DNA of 64,000 nt from Polyangiales bacterium (GTDB taxonomy: Bacteria > Myxococcota_A > Polyangia > Polyangiales > Ga0077539), in contig JBGARZ010000014.1 of NCBI GenBank assembly GCA_044229975.1, positions 96,001 through 160,000 on the forward strand. The letters are read 5' to 3'. The position numbers and the translations under genes were made by a program. Under the pieces are notes generated by a model. It saw only the letters and a list, made by a program, of their open reading frames with translations. It had not been told where the DNA came from and did no database searches. Shown one piece after another: positions 10,244-18,444 of this stretch (its first letter is position 1; every line of letters starts with the position of its first letter).

Positions 10244-11953
10244 GTGAGCGCATCATTCGACTACGACGTGCTGGTCGTCGGCTCGGGCTTCGGCGGCTCG
10301 GTGTCGGCCCTGCGCCTGACGGAGAAGGGCTACCGGGTCTGCGTCATGGAGCGCGGGCCCCGCTGGAAGCCGCAGGACTTCCCCAAGACCAACTGGAACC
10401 TCCGCAAGGCCCTCTGGATGCCCGCGCTGGGGTGTTTTGGCATCTTGCGGTTGTCGTTCATGTCGGACGTGTTCGTGCTCTCGGGGGCGGGCGTCGGGGG
10501 TGGGTCGCTCGTCTACGCCAACACGCTCTACGTGCCGCCCAACGCCTTCTTCGAGGCGTCGCAGTGGGCCGCGATGCGCGACTGGAAGAGCGCGCTGATG
10601 CCGCACTACCGGGTCGCGCAGTTCATGCTGGGCGTCACGCAGAACCGCTTCGAGTCCGAGCCCGACCGCGTGTTGCAGTCGGTGGCCAAGGACCTCGGGC
10701 GCGGCGATACCTACGTGACGACGCCCGTCGCCGTGTACTTCGGCAGCGCCAACCAGACGACGCCCGACCCGTACTTCAATGGCGCCGGACCAGACCGAAC
10801 GGGCTGCAACCACTGCGGCGGCTGCATGGTCGGCTGCCGCTTCGGCGCCAAGAACACCCTCGATCGCAACTACCTCTACTTCGCCGAGAAGCTCGGCGCG
10901 GAGGTGAAGCCCATGCGAACCGTGGTCGACGTGAAGGCCCTGCCCGATGGTGGATACGCCGTCACGCACGAGGCGACGGGCGCGTGGTTTGCGCGCGATC
11001 GGCAGGTGACCACCGCGCGCCGCGTGGTGCTCTCGGCGGGCGTGCTCGGCACGGTGAAGCTGCTGCTGGAGAGCAAGGATCGCGGGTCGCTGCCCAACGT
11101 CTCGAACATGCTCGGGGGCCTGGTGCGGACCAACAGCGAGGCCATCCTCGGGGTGAGCACGCCGAAGCCGACGGAGAAGTGGTCGCGGGGCATCGCCATC
11201 ACGTCGTCGATGCACCCCGACGAGCGAACGCACATCGAGGTGGTGCGGTACAGCGAGGGGAGCGACGCGCTGGTTCCGTTGTCGACGCTGCTGACGGACG
11301 GCGGCAGCGGGGCGCCGCGGTGGCTGAAATGGATGGGCAACGTCGCGCGCCAGCCGGTGACCTTCGTGAAGAGCCTGTGGCCCTTCGGGTGGGCCAAGCG
11401 GGGCGTGTTCCTGCTGGTGATGCAGACGCTCGACAACTCCATCGCGCTGCGGCTGCGTCGCACCTGGCGCACGCTCTGGAGCCGCGCGCTCGACACCGAC
11501 CGCGGCGAAGGAGAGCCCAACCCCTCGTACATCCCGCTGGCCAATCAGCTCGCGCGGGTGTTTGCGGGGAAGGTCAACGGCGTTCCGCAGTCGTCCATCA
11601 TGGAGGTGCTGTTCAACACGCCGACGACGGCGCACATCCTCGGCGGCGCGCCCATCGGCGACTCCCCGACGACGGGCGTCATCGACGGGCGCAACGAGGT
11701 GTTCGGGCACCCGGGGCTGTACGTGTGCGACGGGTCGATGATCCCGGCGAACCTCGGCGTGAACCCGAGCCTCACCATCACCGCGCTCACCGAGCACGCG
11801 ATGAGCCAGATTCCTGCGAAGGATGGGGCGGAAGTGAGGCACGCGGTGGACCCGGAGTTTCAGGCGAAGCGCGTGGCGGAGATCGAAGCGCTGTCGGTCG
11901 AGACGGGGAGCGCGTCGCTGCAACGGCACCTGCCGATACACGCCGGGGAGTGA
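10244..11953 (+). CDS. GMC oxidoreductase, cholesterol oxidase ChoD-like
   Basis: GSGFGG FAD motif, GAGVGGGSLVYAN, CNHCGGCMVGC, TAHILGG, NLGVNPSLTITAL. Confidence 0.9.
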   Translation: MSASFDYDVLVVGSGFGGSVSALRLTEKGYRVCVMERGPRWKPQDFPKTNWNLRKALWMPALGCFGILRLSFMSDVFVLSGAGVGGGSLVYANTLYVPPNAFFEASQWAAMRDWKSALMPHYRVAQFMLGVTQNRFESEPDRVLQSVAKDLGRGDTYVTTPVAVYFGSANQTTPDPYFNGAGPDRTGCNHCGGCMVGCRFGAKNTLDRNYLYFAEKLGAEVKPMRTVVDVKALPDGGYAVTHEATGAWFARDRQVTTARRVVLSAGVLGTVKLLLESKDRGSLPNVSNMLGGLVRTNSEAILGVSTPKPTEKWSRGIAITSSMHPDERTHIEVVRYSEGSDALVPLSTLLTDGGSGAPRWLKWMGNVARQPVTFVKSLWPFGWAKRGVFLLVMQTLDNSIALRLRRTWRTLWSRALDTDRGEGEPNPSYIPLANQLARVFAGKVNGVPQSSIMEVLFNTPTTAHILGGAPIGDSPTTGVIDGRNEVFGHPGLYVCDGSMIPANLGVNPSLTITALTEHAMSQIPAKDGAEVRHAVDPEFQAKRVAEIEALSVETGSASLQRHLPIHAGE

Positions 11954-11956
11954 GAC

Positions 11957-12243
11957 TGACGTTTGGAGTAGGTGTTGGTGTCGGTTGGAAAGCGTCGGCT
12001 GCCTGTTCGCGGCCCTGCGATGTCAGAAGAAGCCGCCAGGGCGCAAGGGTCGCAAGGACGAGTTCTCATCGCAAAACGTGCCTCGGTTTCGCGAGACGGG
12101 GAGCGCGAGCGACTGGAGCCTTGTCGCGCCCATCCCACCGCCACCTTGCGACCCTTGCGTCCTGGCGGCTTCTCCCCTCGTCGCAGGGCTGCGAACGCAC
12201 AGCCGACTCTCTCGCGCACCACCGACGCCTACTCCGAGTCGCA
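11957..12243. mobile_element. MITE-like fold-back element with long imperfect terminal inverted repeats and 10-bp flanking direct repeat
   Basis: Arms ~11957-12057 and 12144-12243; TG...CA ends; GGAGTGAGAC at 11947-11956 and 12244-12253. Confidence 0.7.
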
Positions 12244-12294
12244 GGAGTGAGACGCTCCGCTTGACGGGAGTCGTGAGAGGGGGCGAGCGTTGAT

Positions 12295-14086
12295 GTGATG
12301 CCGTACCGCGAGCCCACGCTGAGCGGGCCTGGGGAAGGGGCGGCACGACCGCGTTTGGAGCTGGTGCTCGTTCCGTTGCTCGCGGTGTTGGGGGTGAGCG
12401 GTGGTCTCGCTGCGCGGCGTGCGTCGAGTCGGGAGCTGCACCGTCCGGGCGCGGTGGTTTCGACGGGAGACGTCGTGCGGTCGGACGCCGCAGTCTGGGC
12501 CGCGGGGCTACAGCCGGACGGAAGTCAGCAGGTCATCGCGGGTCCTGTGCGCTTCGTCGTCTCGTCGTCGAAACGAGTGGAGGTCGCAGCTATGCGGTTC
12601 GAACACGACATCGCCGTCGCCACCGAGGTGCGTGACGGATGGGTGTTCGCCACCACCAGCGGCGACGTCGCGCGAAGCGACTCCTTCCTCGGTCCGCTGC
12701 GACCGCGTGGGGCGGGTCGGCGTGCGCGTGCGCGATGTGCCGCGTAGGGCGGTCGGGTGCGCGGCCATCCTCGGGTTCAACGGCGACCTCTGGGTCACCG
12801 CGGGGAGCGGCCTTCCGGTGCGAGCAGAGCTGCCGGGGCCGGTGAGAGATGCCGTCTTCGGCGATGATCGAAGCGGCGTCGCGTGGCTCAACGACCTGCG
12901 CGTCGAGGTCACCACGGATGGAGGGTTGACCCGGTCAATGCCTGGGCTGGCAGGCGAGTTCGCGCGGGGTCTCTACCTGGGGTCATCGGGCGTGACGGTG
13001 CAGACGACAGGCGGGCATCTCGTGCTGGGCGTTGACGGCAGGCTTCACCATCGTGCGGACGCCGGGCGTCCCGAAGTTCGGCAGCCCGAGAGCGGGGCCC
13101 TCCGCAACCAACTGAACGCTACGGGAATCAGGATCAGCGCGGTGTACGTCTCGCCCACGGGCGCGATGAGCCTGGGCGGGCCGCATGAATGGCCGCACGA
13201 GCCCATCGCGGCTGCGTCCATCGCAGGTTGGTCTACATACCAGTGCCGGTATGGCGGCGACGCTGAGGCGACGTACCGATCGGTCGGTGTGACCGGTTCG
13301 GTGCGCTGGTTGGGGTGGGCGGTGACGCCACGCGGAAGGCTGACGACGCGAAGCGGTGCGGCGACCGCGCTCGCATGGGTCCGCGCTGGGGGGCAGGTCG
13401 TCCCGATTCCCGAACCCATGCTGGACGAGGCCGACGACGACAGAGTGTCGGTCGGCCAGGTCTTCGCGCTCCCGGACGGGGGCGTCGTGTTTGTGGTGAG
13501 CAGCGGGTTGAGACGCCTCAGCGATTTCCGTGACGCGGGAGTGGCTCTCGACGTTGGACCCGATGGTCGAGTCCGGGGGCGCCGGCCGTTCAAATGGGGG
13601 CGCGGCGAGGCCGTGGTCGCCATCGCGCGCCAGGGGCGATGCGCGGGGCCGGTCGTCGGAGCGCAGTACCCCGGAGTCGTACGGATGCTGCCGATCGCCG
13701 ACGCTGCACGCGCTTGCACGAGGACTGGTCCGATTGAGCTGCCTTCGCTCGATGGCTCCACGCTGCGGCCCTGCCGCCGACCGACCTCCGAGGACGCCAT
13801 CGTGATTGCGACGCACGAGCAATTCGTCAGCCTCCTGGCGGACCTCGCAGCGCAACACTCGCCCGACGACACTCTGTTTTCGCTCGTGACGCGCGCTGGG
13901 GTCGAGTCGAGTGGCACCGGGCATTGCCTCCGAGATGTGACCATCGTGGCGCCCGACAACGCACCGAACCGCGAGATCACCCTCACGGCCCGGGGCGACG
14001 GGTTGGAAGGGAGCGTCGACCTCGATGTGGTCGGCGCCCCGACCGCGTGGCGTCGCGTGCGCTGCGAGCCGCTGCACGCGCGGTAG
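12295..14086 (+). pseudogene. Frameshifted hypothetical secreted/membrane protein (or sequencing error)
   Basis: ORF 12295-12747 (TM segment, ...SDSFLGPLR) appears to continue in the frame of ORF 12401-14086 (RVGRVGV...) via a shift near 12700-12705; many A/T third positions. Confidence 0.55.
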
Positions 14087-14108
14087 TCCGTGGTAGGAGC
14101 GTCCCGCG

Positions 14109-14948
14109 ATGCCGATCCAGTGGTACCCGGGACACATGAACAAGGCCCGCCGCGTGATGGCGGAGGTGATGCCGTCGCAGGACGTCGTCATCGAGGTGCT
14201 CGACGCGCGCATGCCCGCCGCCAGCGCCAACCCCGTCGTCGCCGAGCTGCGGCGGGACAAGCCCTGCGTGAAGGTGCTCAGCAAGAGCGACCTCGCCGAC
14301 CCGGAGGCCACCGAGGCGTGGCTCAAGCACTTCGAGACCGACGCCACGGTGCTCGCCGTCGCCACGACGACCACGCGCGCGGGAGAGACGAAGTCGCGCG
14401 TCCCGGCGCTGTGCGAGCGCATCGCGAAGCGTGACCGCGGAGGGGACAAGTCGCTGCGGGCGATGATCGTGGGCATCCCCAACGTGGGGAAGTCGACGCT
14501 CATCAACACGCTCATGGGACGCGTCGTCGCGGCGGCGAGCGACAAGCCCGCCGTCACCAAGGAGCTCGAGTCGTACGCGCTGCCGAGCGGGATGACGCTC
14601 ACCGACAACCCGGGGCTGCTGTGGCCGAAGATCGAGGACGGCGACGCCACGATGCGGCTCGCGCTCGGCGGGGCGATTCCCGACACGGCCATCGAGTACC
14701 AGAGCGTCGGGCTCTTCGCGGGGCAGTACTTCCTCGCGCACTACCCGGCGCTGCTGCTCGCCCGCTACAAGCTGAAGACCCTGCCCGCGTCGGCGGGGGC
14801 GCTGCTCGAAGAGATTGGTCGGCGCCGCGGGTGCCTCCGCAGCGGCGGAACCGTCGACGTCTACAAGGCCGCCGACATCCTGGTGCACGAGTTTCGCGCC
14901 GGGACGCTCGGCCGCATCAGCCTCGAACGGCCGCCTGTTGTGGCGTGA
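14109..14948 (+). CDS. rbgA: Ribosome biogenesis GTPase RbgA/YlqF
   Basis: IQWYPGHMNKA, EVLDARMP, GIPNVGKSTLIN, DNPG, G.LGRISLE; circularly permuted G motifs. Confidence 0.95.
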   Translation: MPIQWYPGHMNKARRVMAEVMPSQDVVIEVLDARMPAASANPVVAELRRDKPCVKVLSKSDLADPEATEAWLKHFETDATVLAVATTTTRAGETKSRVPALCERIAKRDRGGDKSLRAMIVGIPNVGKSTLINTLMGRVVAAASDKPAVTKELESYALPSGMTLTDNPGLLWPKIEDGDATMRLALGGAIPDTAIEYQSVGLFAGQYFLAHYPALLLARYKLKTLPASAGALLEEIGRRRGCLRSGGTVDVYKAADILVHEFRAGTLGRISLERPPVVA

Positions 14949-15042
14949 CCGTTGCGCGCCGCGCTGGCGCTACGGCGTGCACGCCGGGGACGTGGTCGGT
15001 GCTGGGCATGCCATTCTGTTTCTGGAACTACCGTCCGACGGC

Positions 15043-15098
15043 TTGACAGTCGTCCGTCACGCGTCTAACAGAATGCTCGTTCTTGTTTCGGTTCTGTT
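15043..15098 (+). promoter_or_regulatory. Candidate sigma70 promoter with overlapping TetR-type operator
   Basis: Perfect TTGACA at 15043-15048; AACAGAA...TTCTGTT inverted repeat at 15067-15098 in an AT-rich patch upstream of phyH-tetR. Confidence 0.5.
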
Positions 15099-15122
15099 TG
15101 TTCTCGACCGGAGGTCTACGCC

Positions 15123-16007
15123 ATGTCGCTCGATCACGCGCCCGCTTCTGACACCGCGACCGCACCCGCCATCGACCCGCAGCTCCCGCGCGCCAACCGG
15201 GTCATCCACATCCCCGACTTCCGCCTCGAAGACCGGCTCACGCCCGAGCACATCGACTTCTTCGAGACCTACGGCTTCATCCGCTTCAGGCGCTTCGCCT
15301 CACGCGAGAAGGCCCGCTCGCTCTACGAAGCCTTCAACCAGCTCACCGCCGAGCTCGTCGCCAAGAAGGCCGAAAACGTCAACGGCGTCCCCCTCATCAA
15401 GGGCCAGCGCGACGACGGCACTCCCTTCTTCGGGCGCATCCCCTTCGTCTCCCTCCAGAGCCCGACCTTCGCGGAGTTTCTCCGCGACCCGCGCTTCCAG
15501 GCCATCGTCGACGACCTCGCGCCGGGCTCGCGCATCGGGCAGGACGAGCGCGACGGCCTCGTGGTCAACCGCTTCCGCAACCACGCGGGGGCCAAGTACA
15601 AAAACCTCGGCTGGCACACCGACAGCCTCCGCGACATCGCCTACTTCGAGAAGCCGCGGCGCTACCTCAACGTCGGCTTCTCCATCACCGACTCGCCCCT
15701 CCGCGTCGGCGGGCTGCGCGTGCTGCCCTGCACGCACAACCAGTCCATCTCCTCCATGCTCACGACGAAGGCCCACTTCTTCGACATGCAGCCCGACCCC
15801 AACGAGCTCGCCATCACCACCGAGGCCGGCGACCTCACCATCCACGACGGCCGCCTCTGGCACCGCACCGCGCTCGCGCAGGTGACGGGTGACGCCAGCG
15901 AGCGCGTGGTCACCTACCTCCCGATCATGGACGGGCCCATCAAGCGCAAGCACGACGGCAGCGCGACGCCCTTCTACTTCCACCTCAAGAAGCTCCTGAA
16001 CTACTGA
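15123..16007 (+). CDS. Phytanoyl-CoA dioxygenase (PhyH) family Fe(II)/2OG oxygenase
   Basis: FFETYGFI, WHTD (HxD), GGLRVLPCTH, AGDLTIHDGRLWH. Confidence 0.9.
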   Translation: MSLDHAPASDTATAPAIDPQLPRANRVIHIPDFRLEDRLTPEHIDFFETYGFIRFRRFASREKARSLYEAFNQLTAELVAKKAENVNGVPLIKGQRDDGTPFFGRIPFVSLQSPTFAEFLRDPRFQAIVDDLAPGSRIGQDERDGLVVNRFRNHAGAKYKNLGWHTDSLRDIAYFEKPRRYLNVGFSITDSPLRVGGLRVLPCTHNQSISSMLTTKAHFFDMQPDPNELAITTEAGDLTIHDGRLWHRTALAQVTGDASERVVTYLPIMDGPIKRKHDGSATPFYFHLKKLLNY

Positions 16008-16009
16008 CC

Positions 16010-16669
16010 GTGAAGCCCGAGACGCCGCTCCAGTGGGTCAACGCCCCGCAGCAGGCCCGCAGCCAGCGCACGATGGAGAACATCCTCGACGCGGCCGAGG
16101 CGATCCTGCTGGAGCGGGGGCTCGACGCGGTCACCATCCCCGGCGTGGTGAAGGCCGCGGGGTCGAGCGTGGGGGCGTTCTACGCGCGCTTTCCGGACAA
16201 GCGGGCGCTGTTGGAGACGGTGCATCAGCGGGCGTGTGAGCGGGCGCTCGCGCAGACCGACGCGCTGCTCGACCCGACGCGGTGGGAAGCGGCCTCGATG
16301 CGCGACATCGTGCGCGCCGGGGTGCGCCTCGCCGTCGAGGTCTTCGGCTCCCGCCAGAACATCATGAACGCCTTCGCCGCCGCCTTCGCCGGTGACGTCG
16401 GCTTCGCGGCGCGGCGGGCCACCACGGCGGTCACCATCGGCGAGCGCCTCTCGGCGCTGGTGCTCTCGCGGCGCGATCAGATCGGGCACCCGCAGCCCAG
16501 GCGCGCCGTGGAGATGGCGCTGCGCGTGGTCACGGCGACGCTGGAGCAGCGCAACGCCTTCGCGGTCAGCGGCCTGCCCGACGTCTCGGTCTCCGACGCG
16601 GTGCTGGTGCGCGAGCTCGACCGGATGGTCTGCGCGTACCTGGGCATCGCGCCCGACGACGGGTCCTGA
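16010..16669 (+). CDS. TetR/AcrR family transcriptional regulator
   Basis: QQARSQRT..ILDAA...G.DAVTI..V...AG.SVGAFYARFPDK HTH. Confidence 0.92.
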   Translation: MKPETPLQWVNAPQQARSQRTMENILDAAEAILLERGLDAVTIPGVVKAAGSSVGAFYARFPDKRALLETVHQRACERALAQTDALLDPTRWEAASMRDIVRAGVRLAVEVFGSRQNIMNAFAAAFAGDVGFAARRATTAVTIGERLSALVLSRRDQIGHPQPRRAVEMALRVVTATLEQRNAFAVSGLPDVSVSDAVLVRELDRMVCAYLGIAPDDGS

Positions 16670-16678
16670 GCGGGGGAA

Positions 16679-17137
16679 TCAGGCGCCGGGGCGCGCGAAG
16701 GCGAGGTGCTCGCGGCTCACGGCCAGCACCTGGTCTTCGGTGAAGAGCGCGATGAAGCGCCGCGAGGGCTCGTTGAGGAAGTCCACGAGGCGCGGCCCTT
16801 CCGCCCGCAGCTCCGGGTAGATGGAGCCGGTCCAGACGGTTCCGTCGGAGAGGGTGAACTCCACCTCCATGCCGTTGGCTCCCTGGCTCAGCTCGTCGGA
16901 GCGCGAACGCTTCGTGGTCACCGTCACGATGTGGGACTTCTGCACGAGCGTCACGTTGCCCGAGGCCTCGACGAGCGCGAGGAAGGGCTCGTCGTTGTTG
17001 AGCGTGTCGATGGGCTCTTCAGGGCCGTCGTGAAAGCGCGCCGTCACCGGGAGGAAGATGTCGCCCACCAGGGGAATCCCGTTGGCGAGCGTGACGGCGA
17101 CGCGGTGCCGCAACTTCTCGACCCGGTAGTCGCTCAT
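16679..17137 (-). CDS. Hypothetical protein with two tandem small beta-domains
   Basis: Internal duplication (V.VTL.NG..LVG.IF...D.LN....FLAL / V.FTL.DG..WTG.IY...DFLN....FIAL). Confidence 0.75.
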   Translation of the reverse strand: MSDYRVEKLRHRVAVTLANGIPLVGDIFLPVTARFHDGPEEPIDTLNNDEPFLALVEASGNVTLVQKSHIVTVTTKRSRSDELSQGANGMEVEFTLSDGTVWTGSIYPELRAEGPRLVDFLNEPSRRFIALFTEDQVLAVSREHLAFARPGA

Positions 17138-17208
17138 CGCCCGCCAGAGAGTCGAGGGCATCGCCGATGACGTCAAGCGCTACGTGGGTCCGCGGTATCG
17201 TCGCGGCG

Positions 17209-18294
17209 ATGCGCACCGCCCTCGTCCCGTCGCTGTTGTGTGTGCTCGCCGCGTGCGAGCGTGAGACGCCTGTCGTTCGCGACGCCGCGGTCGATCACCC
17301 CGCCGCGGTCGTCGATGTCGCAGCCGTCGTCGATGTCGGCAAGCCCAAGGACGTACCCGTCGATGCGCCGCTGCCAGAGTGCGGCCAGGGCTCGGCGCTC
17401 GCGCTCGCGCGCTGCGTCGACGGCGCCCGCTACCAGACCGACCTCGAAGCCATCGCGCGCGAGCGCAACCTGTCGAGCGCCCACTGGATGGAGGTGCAGG
17501 ACCTCTGCGCGACCCGCCTCGCGTCGCTCGGGTTCACCGTCGAGCGCCACGCGTACGGCACCGGGGTCAACGTGGTGGGCGTTCGTGAAGGCACCGCGGA
17601 GCCCGCGCGCCGCGTGATGGTGGGGGCGCACTACGATCACATCCGCGGGTGCGCCGGCGCTGACGACAACGCGAGCGGCGTCGCGGGCGCGCTGGAGGCC
17701 GCGCGGGTGCTCGCGGCGCGGTCGTACCCGCGAACGCTGGTGGTCGCGTGCTGGGACGAGGAAGAGCGCGGGCTCATCGGGTCGCGGGCCTACGCCGCGA
17801 GGGCGATGGGGCGGTCGGAGGTCATCGACGCGTACTTCAACTTCGAGATGATCGGGTACGTCGACCACGCGCCCAGCTCGCAGCGCCTACCGCCCGGCAT
17901 CAACCTGGTGTTTCCGGCGGCGGCGCGGGAGTGGGAGGCGCGCGAGCGGCGCGGGGACTTCCTCGCGGCCATCGGCAACGAGCGCGCGTCCGCGGGACTC
18001 ATCGGACTGGAGCGCTACGCCGACCGGCTCGGGCTGCCGTTCATTCCGCTGCGCTTGAGTACGGCGCTCATGTCGTCGCCGCTCGTGGGCGACCTGCGAC
18101 GGTCCGATCACGCGTCGTTCTGGGACAACGGCTACCCCGGCATCATGCTCACGGACACGTCGGAGTTTCGCTACGACCGCTACCACTGCGCCGCGGGGCC
18201 CGACGTCACCACGGGGCTCGATCGCACCTTCTCGTCGCAGGTCGTCGCGGTCACCGTCGGCGCCGCCGCCGAGGCGCTCGGCCTCACCGACTGA
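17209..18294 (+). CDS. M28 family zinc peptidase lipoprotein
   Basis: Lipobox LAAC; GAHYD, GADDNASG, EERGLIGS, NFEMIGY, RSDHASFW. Confidence 0.92.
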   Translation: MRTALVPSLLCVLAACERETPVVRDAAVDHPAAVVDVAAVVDVGKPKDVPVDAPLPECGQGSALALARCVDGARYQTDLEAIARERNLSSAHWMEVQDLCATRLASLGFTVERHAYGTGVNVVGVREGTAEPARRVMVGAHYDHIRGCAGADDNASGVAGALEAARVLAARSYPRTLVVACWDEEERGLIGSRAYAARAMGRSEVIDAYFNFEMIGYVDHAPSSQRLPPGINLVFPAAAREWEARERRGDFLAAIGNERASAGLIGLERYADRLGLPFIPLRLSTALMSSPLVGDLRRSDHASFWDNGYPGIMLTDTSEFRYDRYHCAAGPDVTTGLDRTFSSQVVAVTVGAAAEALGLTD

Positions 18295-18444
18295 CGACGC
18301 TCGGAGCCTGTCGCGCGTCGGGTCGTCTGCGACCATCGCTTGGCAGGCAATTGGGGCTCGTGAGAGGTTGCGCCCGTTCGACGAACGGCGCAGGGGCGCC
18401 GCGCGTCTGCGCTCCTCTATTCCCTCCTTCAAGGACTCCCCGCA

